Shown here in pieces: positions 12,288 to 24,400 of a stretch of DNA of 64,000 nt. A program made the translations under genes and the position numbers. Numbering within the stretch: the stretch's first letter is position 1; each line of letters starts with the position of its first letter. The stretch comes from Vicugna vicugna (taxonomy: Eukaryota): the NCBI GenBank assembly GCA_013265495.1, contig MU058531.1:2976911-3040910 (forward strand). The letters are read 5' to 3'. The notes under the pieces are model-generated. The model was given only the letters and a program-made list of their open reading frames with translations, was not told the origin of the DNA and did no database searches.

Positions 12288-13211
12288 CAATATCATTATT
12301 CTTTTGTTTCTGTGTCAAAAGATTCAATACTGTATCTTTCATTAGTGTATGGACATTTTGAATTACTTATTTCACCTCAGATCAGAAACAGCCAACCTAC
12401 CTTTGAGACTCTGGCATAGGAGTGAATTATTGGTTTTTGTTTTTTTGGGTTTCTTTGCCTGCTTTGCATCTTCCTTGGCAATGATACCTCCCTGAGATGG
12501 TTCATCTCCAGGCTTCGGTGACAGAATGTGAAGAGCATTGAATGCTGAGACGACTAACATTTTGCACGTTTAAAGTACTTGATGGAGGCAAGATAGTTCA
12601 AGTTATACCAATGAGCAAATATTTTATGTATTCAAATTTTTAAAAATCAAAGGTAATTAACCAAGGATCTTATTGTGTTAGTATTTTTTTAATCCAAGCA
12701 CTTAGTAAATCTACAATTCTGACTTTGATGTCCATTGTGAAAAGATGGCGATACCTTTTTTCATTTTTTTTCCTTTCTGCGATAGAGTGGTTCTTAGAAA
12801 AGTGGAGGATTTTCTTGATCTTCATTGCTGCTTACTGTTGAAACGATGAACCTAGCTGTGTTTTAAGCACAAAGCAGATTCTGTTTAAGGACTACTCCCA
12901 AGTAGCACACAATGTTTTTTTCAAATGTTAACTGGCCGTAACTTTGACTTGAATTTCATTACCACGTGTTGGTCATCTAAAATTGTTAAAATGAATTTTA
13001 ACAAAACCGCCTAGCCCTATCTTTTGATTTGCAGATGTTTTATTTATTTATTTTTGGCACACTTGAAAGCTAGGCAATGCAATGAGCAGATTTTTGCTTA
13101 TCTGAATATATATTTTTATACATGTGTGTGTAAACTCAAAATCTTTTTATTTCTTCAGGTTTTCTAAAATGCTTAACACTGGGCTACTGTTAGTAATATA
13201 AAGGAGAAAAG

Positions 13212-13217
13212 AATAAA
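13212..13217 (+). terminator. CEP55: Probable CEP55 polyadenylation signal AATAAA (3' UTR about 12288-13235)
   Basis: AATAAA followed by a T/GT-rich downstream element (ttttgctgtgtgtag) about 0.93 kb after the stop codon. Confidence 0.75.
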
Positions 13218-13889
13218 ATTATTTAATACGTTTTGCTGTGTGTAGTATATATGTATATAGACAGGCATTCTAAGATTTCTACGCCAAGAGAGGTGCCACA
13301 GAGTTATAGGTAAACATCCAGTGTAAAACAGTAAGGTGGCTGAGGATACACTGGAACCGAAAACTACATGAAGCTCAGAAAGTTTAGCAAAATGCCCATA
13401 AGCATTTAAAAAAAAAGACATTCTTGGATTTCAAGCTCCAAGTTCTCTCCAAAGCTCATCTTCTCTCCACCAGAAAACCCTTAATGAATTCTCCAAACTC
13501 AGTATTCTTAAGTGATAACATGCCTAGAGTAACGGGATGTTTCTTGAATTAGAAAAATAGCCAAACACAACTGGTCTCTTCTGTCCCTCTGAACTGGGAA
13601 GTTCTGCCTTGTCAAACCCCTCCACCTGCTTCATGGGTCCCTGCTGTGCCAGTTCTGCAACACCTTCAATTTCATTCTTCAAACATTTATTAAATGCCAA
13701 CTACATGCAAGGCTCTGGGCTAGGTGTTAGTGACACAGTGATAATAAGTTGCAGCCCTATCTTCACAGTCTAGTAGAAGAGACCAACATCTGAACAGGTA
13801 AGTATAATACGTTGTAGGCGGTGCTGTAAACCAGGTGCATGTTGGGGGCAGGAATTCATTTATTTAAACCTTGCTTTATTCTAATCAAG

Positions 13890-16503
13890 ATTGAAGTCTG
13901 ACTCTTCAAAGATACAAGCCTTGTACTATGATAAAATTTAAAAGAAGTCAGAAATAGCAATAGTAAAACAAGTCTAAGAAGTGAAATGGAGCTGCTCACA
14001 AGGGTAGCCCCACGGCAGTTCATGGAGTGCTTCTGAGAGGTGAGCCCCGAGTTGGAGGCTGAGCTCAGAGAAACAATCCTGCACCCCATTCACAGCTGAT
14101 CTTCAAGAGGAACGCCATGACAGTGATCCTGGTTTTGAGATTATAGGATTTCTCTCATGTGCCTTTGTAGAGAAGAAACCATGTAACTAGAGGTCCATGG
14201 CCTTAACAACAGCTTTGTCTTAAACAACAGGGCGTTCCACTCTGATTTCCTAACTGTGGAGGTGAAAAACGTCATGTGCAGAGGTAATTCCATAATCAAG
14301 GGCAAGCAATGCCACGTTCCTGGTATGTAGGTCTCTGCTGCTCCGGCATATCCCAGAGCAAATTAGAGTCAGGAGCCAAGTCAAAAGCTGCTTCTAAAAG
14401 ACCAGGTGGGAAAACAAAGAGCCGGCCAGACTGTGGAAACTGGAAAATGCCTGTTTTCACCCAAAGAGGGCACAGCTGCTCAGCTCCAGCCAATGTCCTA
14501 TGTGAATGCAAGTCCAGTGGGGCTGATCTCTATTCTTTTCAGATTTTCCAAGAGAAATCTGGAATTTTAAATTTTTTCAGTGTGAAATCTCTCAACTTTT
14601 AAAGTTTGGAAAATTAAAAAAATTTTAACACCATGTGGACCAAGCACATTTCCAATGTGTAGCCTTTGTCTGGGGCAAAAAAAGGAGTGGCTAGCTCAGC
14701 CTGAGACGCGGGCAGGAAGCTAAGGCAGGCTCTCAGTTTTGCCCACTGAGCTAGGACTGAGGTCTCCCCAAGTCCAGTTCAATCCAACAGGCACTGAGGG
14801 ACACAGGATGAACACAGTCCTCCTAGGCTGGTCCCTACCACCTGCCATCTGACTTTCTTGCGTGGCTACACTTCTCACACAGAGCTTCTTAGCTGCCAGC
14901 ATTTCCTCACTACCCTTTGGTCCCCAGATGTGACAACTGGGACTGACAGCTGGAAGGGAATGTCATGGCTGGGACTACAAGCTCATCTGCTTCAGTATTT
15001 TTGGTCCAGGAAAACACCTCACCCTTGGAGTGTGCTGAAAATGTTAATTCCTTGGCCTCCCCCAGATATCCTAAATCAGGGAGTCTGGGGATGGAAAGCA
15101 TGGAACATGCATTATTAGCGAGCTCTCTAGGGCATTCTGGTGTGTTGCTGAACTAGTCCAACCTTGACTTCCTGATGAAACAAGAGTCCCAGAGAGGGGC
15201 TTATCCAAGGTCACGTAGGCAGGTCAGCAGGAAAGAGAGGGAGGCACAGACTCCCAACGGCACTGGTTGTCAGAGCCCCTACCATTTTGGCTTGTGTGCC
15301 GTGATTCCTGCAAATTTACTCTTTCCAAGATCCCCAATGCTCTGTCTTCCTAAGGCAAATCCAATGGTTTGTTGGTCTGGTTCTCTGTATTTTTTCTTAT
15401 CCTCTGTGCTGTGCTCTCTGCTTTGAATCTAATGATATTTTGTCTTTGGATGATTGAGTGGGAAACATGAGTCAGATATCGAAGAGTCCAGTCTAGTTGT
15501 GACACCCAAAAAAGGCGAACGGTCAGGACCAAGCTAGAGGTTTGCCTAGAATCTGGAGAGATGATGAAGAAAGGAACAACGAAGGTAAGCCCCGGGGCTC
15601 ATCCTGTGGTCCATGAGCAGGGAGGAGCACTCAGACAATCAGTTGGGTCTCCCAAACCAAGCAACCAGAGAAAGAAGGAATGGCATGCACTGAGAAAGAG
15701 AACTAGTTAGCATCTGATAATAACCTTCATCTTCTTGTCTGCTAGACTCACTATATCGATTTAACCCCAGGACCAGCATATCTTCCACTACAACGTTTTA
15801 ACAGGTATTACAGGTAAGTCTCCTGAAGGAATCTCACCCATTTTAGGGATGTACCAGGCACTGATCTCATCACTTGACTCAGCAAACATTTAACCCATCT
15901 GCAATGGGCAATGTGCAATGCGGGGCACCAGAGATGGAGAGGAGGGTACAGCAGCCAAGCCAAGGCAAGATGGACATCAAGGCAGGTCAATGACAGCTCA
16001 GTGAGGTAAGTGCCCCATCAGAGGTCAGTCCACGGTTGAGAGAGGAGAGGCTTTCTGAAGGAGGTGATGACTAAGCTAGGTTTAAGAACACAAATAATGT
16101 TCAAGTTTTAACAATGTTTGTTCCTGGACTTAAGTTGAAAGTGAATTATTAAACAGAACTTACAGGAAAATATGGCCTGTGTTGTATCAGTCACTTTCTG
16201 ATGACAGGATGAGGGTGTCGAGGAAGGGCAGTTGTATAGAGCCAGATGGTGATACAGTGAAAGGTGTTCCTTTATATCCTCTTAACTTAATGATGTTGAC
16301 AGGCATGCCACCGCAAAGATACAGAAAGTAAACTGTTTTGAATGTTGAATATCAGAGGAGTAATAAGCAAAGATTTCAATGAAGGAGTTAAAAAAGGAAA
16401 AAAGTCAGCTTTGCTGTTTGATTTACAGATTTTGTAGAATGCATCAAGGCACCTTGTGTCGATTAAGAAGATGTACATTTTCACTTGATTTTATAAGGCA
16501 GAG
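13890..16503 (+). pseudogene. Candidate unprocessed pseudogene of an RNase II-family (HELZ2/DIS3L2-like) gene; exon-like pieces about 13890/13912-14039, 14147-14283, about 15427-15584, 15746-15813 and 16429-16503
   Basis: Five same-strand segments end in good donors (GAG|GTGAGC, GAG|GTAATT, AAG|GTAAGC, CAG|GTAAGT, GAG|GTAAGT), most with AG acceptors. Translations include LEVHGLNNSFVLNNRAFHSDFLTVEV and CVD*EDVHFHL, resembling the NRAxxGDxVxV and VDWxEDxxFxL cold-shock-domain motifs, with stops and frameshifts. Confidence 0.55.
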
Positions 16504-17379
16504 GTAAGTGGGGAGTTGTTGGGGGGCTGATACCAGAGGATTAAGAAAAAAACTTCTGGAGTATGTTACTTTCAGTACAGATTTCAGTCTCTCACATTTG
16601 CACATATGCTATAGCAGTCAATCCTTTCTCCTGAAGGAAGTGATTCTTGTTTATTGGAGATCAAAAAGGAAGCATCTCAAAATTTAAATTTTATTTTGTT
16701 TTGCTGCTTTGGTGATTCCAAGGAAACATGTTCTACTATGGAAAGGGCTCTGAAATGGGAACCACTGGACCTGGGATGAAAATCTGGTTCTGACCTTGAG
16801 CAAATCACTGCAGTGCCCTGCCACTCTAAGCCTCAGCACCCTCCACTCTAAGATAGAATGTTAATGCCTGCCCCCACGATCTTCCTAGGCTATTGTGACA
16901 ATCAAAATCCAATTTATTTTAGGGAATCCTGTGTATGAAGCGTTGAAAGTGTCCCACACAATGTGCTTAAAACTTCCTCTGTGTTGTGTCATTTTATCCT
17001 CACAGTGACACTACCTGGGAACTTCTGTTAACTGTTCCATTATATAGATGAGGAAACTATAGAGAGTTTAGTCCCTTGTCCAAGGTCACACAGCAAAGAG
17101 AGTGTGAGAGCCAGTATTTGACCCTGAGTGTGACTGCCTCTTGAGACAGAGCTGTTACCTCCTACATGGTCTGCTGTTCTGTCACCTTAGAGCCAGAAAA
17201 TGTACGTGAAGGCACACTGCAGATGAGTAAATACTGTCCAGGATTATTATTTTTCAACAATGACTGCAGTGTGGATGAAGATGAAGACAAGAGATGACAG
17301 TGACATAACCTGCCCCCAAGAACAGCCATTCATTTTACTCGCCCATTATAACCCCAGTCCTCATTCTCATTTGTAGCTA

Positions 17380-18100
17380 GTATCTGTCCAGATACATTCA
17401 GTTGCAAATAACATAAAAGTCTGACACCCTCAGGACATTTATTGTTTGTTAGAAAAGAGGTCTGGAATCAGACAATCCTAGTTTAGACCAGCAATTTCAC
17501 AACGTAAAGGCTCTGGGCTGTCATCTCTACAGTCATCTTGGTTCTGTACTCATGCTCACATAATAGCTGCTGCAGTTCCAAACATCACAATCTAATAAGA
17601 CTTTTTTTTTTTCACTAAGAAGCTGACAGCCAGCCAGGATAATGAATGGGCACTTCTTATATGTCTCTCCTTTTATCCAATAAAAGAAAATTGATTGTAA
17701 ATGGACATATCCATCCCCAAACTCCATAGTACACTTCCCTTGTATCTCATTGAGTAGAAACGGCTTACAGTGTATTAGGATGGGCCAGGCTAGGGGTACC
17801 GAGTCAAACCTGAAATCTCAGTGGCTTAATACAGTATAGGTTTCTTTCTTGCTCACCTCACAATTTTTGTGGGCCCAGGCCCTCCATCTAATAGCTACAC
17901 CACCTGGAACTTGAGGCCTCCAAGGTCAAGGCAGCAGAGGAAGAGAGATGAAGACGGTGGCAGTACTATCTCTAAACTGTGCCAGACCAGAAGTGGTGCA
18001 CTCTGCTCACATTCCTGTTGGTCAGAACTTGGTCCCACCGCCCCACCTCCTGCAGGGTGGCTGGGAAGGACAGTCTGCCCAGCAAAAGGAACAGTGTGAA
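17380..18100. mobile_element. Degenerate MLT1-type (ERVL-MaLR) LTR fragments
   Basis: Motifs such as ttcagttgcaaataaca, aaatctcagtggcttaa and cacattcctgttggtcagaact...ggctgggaa; assigned from memory. Confidence 0.5.
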
Positions 18101-18914
18101 GAACACATTGCACCATGTGCCGCTCGTGGCCACCCCCAGCTGTCCGAGAAGAAGGGGCTGAGGAGTGGCTGCTGGGCGGGAGTCTGCCACTCCATCTCGT
18201 CCACCTGTTCCCTCACCAGCCGAGGCAGCCTGGTTCAAGGTACAGCAGGGAATGTCCTTCTCTGGGCTTCCGTGCCATGAGTCCTACGCCTCCCTCTTCC
18301 ACAGTACTTTTTTCTCAGTATTATAATAATTTTTCACTTGCCTGTCACTCTCTCCCTCCAGCCACCCCTCCCCCAACAGAGTGTAAGCTTTTAAGCTCAG
18401 AGGTTGTCTTCCCTTTCCATCCCTCATGTCTAGACTAGGGTCTGACACCTGGTATGTGCTCAGTAGATGTATTTAGAGCAAGTGAATGAGGGTCTTTTAG
18501 AAAGGATGGTTGCAAACATTTGACTTTCTTTATGAAATATGTGGCTCTTTAGAATTTTTCATAGCACCACTGAGGAACAAGAAGTATGATTCAACCTTTA
18601 AATAAACATGGGTGCAAAAGAGACTATGCAGCAGACCTCCAGAGTGTGGTCATAAATCAAGCAAATATTTGATCAGTGACATCAACGTATGTAAAAAATT
18701 TCATTAAGGAAACTGACTTTTGGAATCCCACTTGGAATATCTTGTCTGGTCTTGGGATTTTAACCAAAAGTATATCTCTAAGACTGGGAGTGTGCCCCAG
18801 TGATGGTGACCAAGGTAGGGGGCAAAAAACTTAGGGTATTTTGATATATACATTTTAAGAAATTTAATTAAAGGAGCCAAATAAGTGAGGCAATTTATCA
18901 GCAGGGATTGTCAC

Positions 18915-19150
18915 CACCATTAGAGTTGAAATGCATCAAGGACTATATGCCAGATGTTGTGCTAAGGGCTTTATGTGCTAATATTATCTAACGTGATCCT
19001 CTCAGCAGTGCCCCGGGGCAGGTATTGTGCTCATGCCCATTTTACTGCCCGGTATAGTAAGGTTCAGAGAGTTTAATAATTTACCCAAGATCATAGAGCT
19101 GTTAAGAGAGTGGTGGCAAAAATTAAGAACAAGGCTATCTGGTTCCAAAA
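18915..19150. mobile_element. MIR SINE
   Basis: MIR core (cccattttac...ggttcagagagtttaataatttacccaagatcatagagct). Confidence 0.65.
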
Positions 19151-19160
19151 ACAGCAACTT

Positions 19161-20041
19161 TCTTTTTTAATTCAAGTACAGTCGATATACAATCTTGTGT
19201 TAGTTTCTGGTGTACAGCATAGTGATTCAATTATACATACATTCTTTTTCATTATAGGTTATTACAAGACTATAGTTCCCTGTGCTACACAGAAGGACCT
19301 TGTTGTTTACCTATTTCATATATAGTAGTTTGTATCTGCTAATCCCAAACTCCTAATTTATCCCTCCCCCTCATTTTCCCCTTTGGTAATCATAAGATCG
19401 TTTTCTATGCCAATGAGTCTCTTTCCTATGAGGTTTATAAATAAGTTCATTTGTATTAATTTTTTTAGATTACACATATAAATGATATCATATGATATTT
19501 GTCTTTCTCTGATTTACTTCACTTAGTATGATAATCTCTAGGACCATCCATGTTGCTGCAAAAGGCATTATATCATTCTTTATATGGCTGAGTAATATTA
19601 CATTATATATATATATATGTATATATACCACAACTTCTTTATCCAATCATCTGTTAATGGACACTTAGGTTGTTTCCATGTCTTGGCTGTTGTAAATAGT
19701 GCTGCTATGAACATTGGGGTGCATGTATCTTCAAATTAGAGTTGCCTCTGGATAAATGCCCAGCAGTGGGACTGTTGGATTATATGGTAAGTCTATTTTT
19801 GTTTTTTTAAGGAATCTCCATACTGTTTTCCACAGTGGCTGCACCAAACTACATTCCTACCAGCAGTGTAGGAGGGGTCCCTTTCCTCCACAGCCTTTCC
19901 AGCATTTATCATTTGTGGACTTTTTAATGATGGCCGTTCTGACTGGTGTGAAGTGATACCTCACTGTAGTTTTGGCTTGCATTTCTCTGATAATTAGCAA
20001 TATTGAGCATTTTTCTCATATGCCTATTGGCCATCTCTATG
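19161..20041 (-). mobile_element. L1 3' portion (end of ORF2 plus 3' UTR), about 0.9 kb, with degenerate TSD
   Basis: Typical L1 ORF2 C-terminal antisense text (ccatactgttttccacagtggctgcacc...gtgatacctcactgtagtttt); flanks caaaaacagcaactt and caaagacagaaattt. Confidence 0.85.
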
Positions 20042-20879
20042 CAAAGACAGAAATTTTAACCATTAAGGTTTAGACTTGCTCCCAGATTCAGGGTCCTAGA
20101 AGAAAATGTGGCAGGTGTTTTACTCATCCATTGCAGTGTGGCAATACAGCCCCAAACCTGGTGCCTTAAAACAATGATATATTACTACCTGTTATGGTTT
20201 TGTGGATGGGTGGGGCCAGCTGGATGTTCTCTGCTGGAGTCTCTCCTATAGTTCCAGTCAGATGGTCTAGCTTTAGAAAGTCACATAGTGTCACTTTGTT
20301 TGCATTCTGCTACTTAAAAGTGGGACACAGAACAAGTCTAGATTCAAGGAGAGAGGACTTCACGTAAGGGAATGAATCTCAGGAAGTATCCTTCCTTGGG
20401 GCCATTTGGGAGACTAGTTACCATGGGGGACAAAGCTAAGCGAGCGAATGCAAAGTGTCCCTGGCACGTGTGTTGGCACTGACCTCTTAGAAAGGACTTT
20501 CACATCCACTTCTCATGGGCTCTTTCATAGCCTGTCAGGCAGGCAGACCAGGGGCAGGACTAGATCTCTGCTTTTGGATGTGGACACTGCCACTGAGTGA
20601 AATTAAGTGACTTACCAAAAGTCATACAGCTTCTAAATGTGGGCATTGAATGTGGACTTCGGTCTTCTGGACTTTGGTCTTCTTTGGATTCCTAGCCCTT
20701 CACACTTCATAGGTTTTTTCCTCAGCTGCTCTTGGCTCAGAGTTCTTGGTCCTTAGAAGCAGGAAGGAGTAGACAGAGGCTCCACCTGCAAAAAGTAATC
20801 AAGAGGAAGGAATCGTAGGTCTAAGTTTAAAAAGAAAAAGGATATCAAAGTTGTAAGAGTTTTAAAACATAATAGCAAC

Positions 20880-21480
20880 TAAAACAGCTGATGCAGGAAT
20901 GGACACGGATCTATTGCTCACGGGAGTATCATTTGGTGCAAACTTTCTGGATATGCAATAGATGTCAAAAGCCTTACAGTTGCAAAAACTTTGACCCAGA
21001 AACTCCATATCTAGAAAATTTTCTGAGGATATAGTCATGAATATGGACAAATAGTTGTTATGATGTGTCCTGTAGTATTTTTTGCTAACAGAGAAAAATT
21101 AGAGACAATCCCAATGTCTAACAGGAGGGGTTGTGCTAAACAATGGAAGACCATTCTGTCATTAAATTGATGTTATAGGAAACTATTTAATGCCATGTAA
21201 AATGTTCACGATGTTATTTATAGGAAAAAGCAGGTTTTAAATCAGTATTATATTATGCCATCTGTAATATAAAAAACCATACATGTGTCTGCATACACAG
21301 AAAAAGAGATAAGAAAGAAAGAATACCAAAATGTTAATAGTAGTTCTTTTAAGGATGGGGGGAATTTTATTATAAAATTATATGTAAAATTTTATAATAT
21401 TATAAAAATTAAGGTTATTTATCCTTTATTTTTCATTCTCTATATTTTAAAATTGTTTATAGCATGTATTACTTTTGTAA
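20880..21480 (+). mobile_element. Old L1M (L1ME-type) 3' end
   Basis: ctttgacccagaaactccatatctagaaa...aaaattagagacaatcccaatgtctaaca...gcatgtattacttttgtaat pattern. Confidence 0.55.
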
Positions 21481-24400
21481 TGAATTTTTGAAAAGGAAAA
21501 TAGGAAAGGGAATTAGGAAAATATAGAGGATTTTAAGTTAATTTCAACAAACCAAGTAGAAGGTATACATAGGAAGGTATACATATTATATATATATATA
21601 TTATATATATATATATATAAATAAACATATATTTAACATTATATTTGACTCTTCAAATGCTTTTTAGGTCAAGGTCTAATTTGATTTCTATAATTCAATA
21701 AGAGAGACTGGATGGGTATTATTATTTCTGTTCTGCGAATGGGAAAAGCAAGGGTCTGTGATTAAGTCTGCAAGTCAGCCCAGCTAGTGACTGAAAAAAA
21801 AACCAGCACTAGGTTTTAGGCAACTAGTTAGGCAACTAGGGTTGCTTCCACCTACCCAGAATCACCTTCCCATCTTTGGTCTCAGCATTCTGACTCTTCT
21901 CTGTAGGCCCTGCCTTCTCCCAGTCTTGGTGCAGATTCCAGGCATGGGCATGTGACCCCAATCCAGCCAATGAGACCATCCTTGGGGACCCTGCCAAAAG
22001 TGTTAGAAAAAAAGTTTGCTGAGTTTGTAGGAAGTAGGCAAGAGCTACTGTGGCCTCGGTGCTCCCAGTAGGGGATGAGCCGCCTAAAACAGAACCAGTT
22101 CAGAGAAGGGAGTTGGGCAGTGAAGACAGATGCCCAAACATGGTTTTTGGGTACCTGGATCCTGCGTGTGTAAAGCTAGATCCACCTACTGGGCTTTTTG
22201 CTTACCTGATCCAGTACATGGGTTTTTCTCTTTCTTTCTTTTCCCCCTCCTCCTCCTTCTTTTGTTTGTTTGTTTAATTTTGAGTTGAATTCCTCTTTGT
22301 TGTAACTAAGACCTCGGACAATGTACTCTCCAGTCTCAGTGTTCTTATCTGTAAAATGGAGACATTAATAGTAAAGCATTGCTCACCTCCTCCAAGAGTC
22401 AATGCTTATCAAGTGCTTGTCAGTCACACAGTGAGGGGCAGGAAATGCCACCTGTGATTTTTAATGAGTTAGGAAAAACTAAATTCAGAAAACCTCATCC
22501 TCTCCGCCCCCCCCCATTCCAGAAAGAGAGGAAGGGAGGGAGGGAGAGAGGGAGAGAGAGACAGAGAAAGAAAAAAAGAAAAACTTCACGCATAAAAATA
22601 CAGAGAATCGAGTCCTAAGTTATAGGAAAAGAGAAAGTGCTGTGTGAAACTTCAGAGGGAAGTTGCTCTTTCTTAATTTATGGTCGGTGGAGCAGAGGCT
22701 CCCGGCAGCAGGCCCTGCCCCCATCTCCTTGGCACCGGACTGCCGGCCCCACCTTCCTTACACACACACACTCACTCCTTCCCTCAGGGTCCCCCTTCAA
22801 TGCCAGGTGATGCTGGGCCCTGGAAAAACGTTGTGTTGGCAACTGTTCGAAATAGCAGGAATTTCGAGGGCGGAGGAGAAAGGGGAAGTGCCGTGGTTGG
22901 CGAGACGGAAGTGGCTGATTTTGTAATTCAGAGCAGAGAGAAGGAAAACGAAGGAGGAGAAAGTTCGCCAGGCCTTACAGCCTGCGTCCCGCACTGGTTA
23001 TAGAAAGGAAGGACCTGCTCCTGCGCTCAGTTCAGGCTGCTGTTTTTCTAGGAAATTGAGACGCTGGTGAAACCAGGTCAGAGAGATGTGAGGTTAAGAA
23101 AAACGTTAGCACAGGAGGTGCAAAATTCACGCGCAAACCGGCTCTGTTGGATTATACAGAAAAAGGCGTGAAGAAACTCGCAGGACCTCTGGGGGGCAGG
23201 CCAGGGAACTGGTTTTCGAGGCTTCCAGTCGGGAAGTGTCCTCTCTGTGGGGGCTGCTCCAGTGGACCATCCACCCCTCAGGGCACAGACACCGCGCTCA
23301 CCTCACACCGTTGGTGCTGGCCACTGGGTGCTGGAAACCCCACAACAGTGCCTGAAACCTTTGCCCCCAGATGGATTCTGTGCCGCCCCAGCCCTCGTGT
23401 CCTCTCTCCCAGAGTCCAAGTCTGCCGTGAGGTGTCTGGCTAAGCCTGCGGTACGTGCCTTGTTGCAAGGGGGCTGGGAAAGCCAATATCAGCCATTGAC
23501 CCTGGGGAGGCTAAACCCATAATGTGGGAAATTTCCCAGTCACAGGATGGGATTCAAAAGGACAGCCATCAAGTATGTCTACATCCCCCAGCAGCATGTC
23601 TGTAGCACACGCGTGTGTGCACGTGCACGTGTATGGAATTGGAATATGATATATCTTAAGGTCTCCTTTCCAGAGTGTTTTCATCCTTGAAAATCCGAAG
23701 AACCATCCGTCAAGCCTCCACCAGCAGCAGGAGCCCAGCCTCCTCATGTGGGTGTCACTCAGCATCTCTGAGCTCAGACCGCAGCTCCACGTACCATCTG
23801 GTCCCCTCTTCTCCTTGTGGCTCTTCCTCCTCCACCCTCTGAAATGAAGAGCTGACACACTCCTCAGACATGCCAGGTCCCTGGGGAAGACGCTTTCTCT
23901 TAACTCGACAGAGCACTTGGGCTCTGATTTGTCACAGCCCCTCCCCTTAGGACTCAGCTCTGGTTTTCCCTCTGCAGAAACAAAGGCCCATTAAAGCAGC
24001 CTCAGAGATGAATTCAGCTACCAAACCTAGATGCAAAAACAGAAGTAATTTTTTCTTAAAAAGCATTGTGTCTTATTGCAGATGGAACCCTGTTTGTGGG
24101 GAGAGAGTTGAGAAAATTCTCTAATGGGTTTCTCCTTGAAAAAGCCCAGAAAGCAGATTAAGGGCATTGCGCCGGATCAGTCCCTGCCCCACACTCCAGG
24201 TGACCGTGCCCATCAGGAACCCCACAGGCCCGGAGGAGGGGAGGTAACGCACTGAGTGGGGACTGATTCTCTTCTTCCTTGTCTTCCCCACGTCTACCCT
24301 TCCCCTCCTCGTGATGTCTGTGCACTGCCCCCACCACTCACCCCAATTCATTTCTGCATGAGACTCAGTGCTTGTCTGTTGAATGACTGACCAGCTCCTC

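Noticed and set aside
17260..17297. Possible terminal exon of the fossil gene (DDCSVDEDEDKR*)
   Set aside because: The pyrimidine tract ends in caacaa with no AG acceptor, and the peptide has no diagnostic motif.
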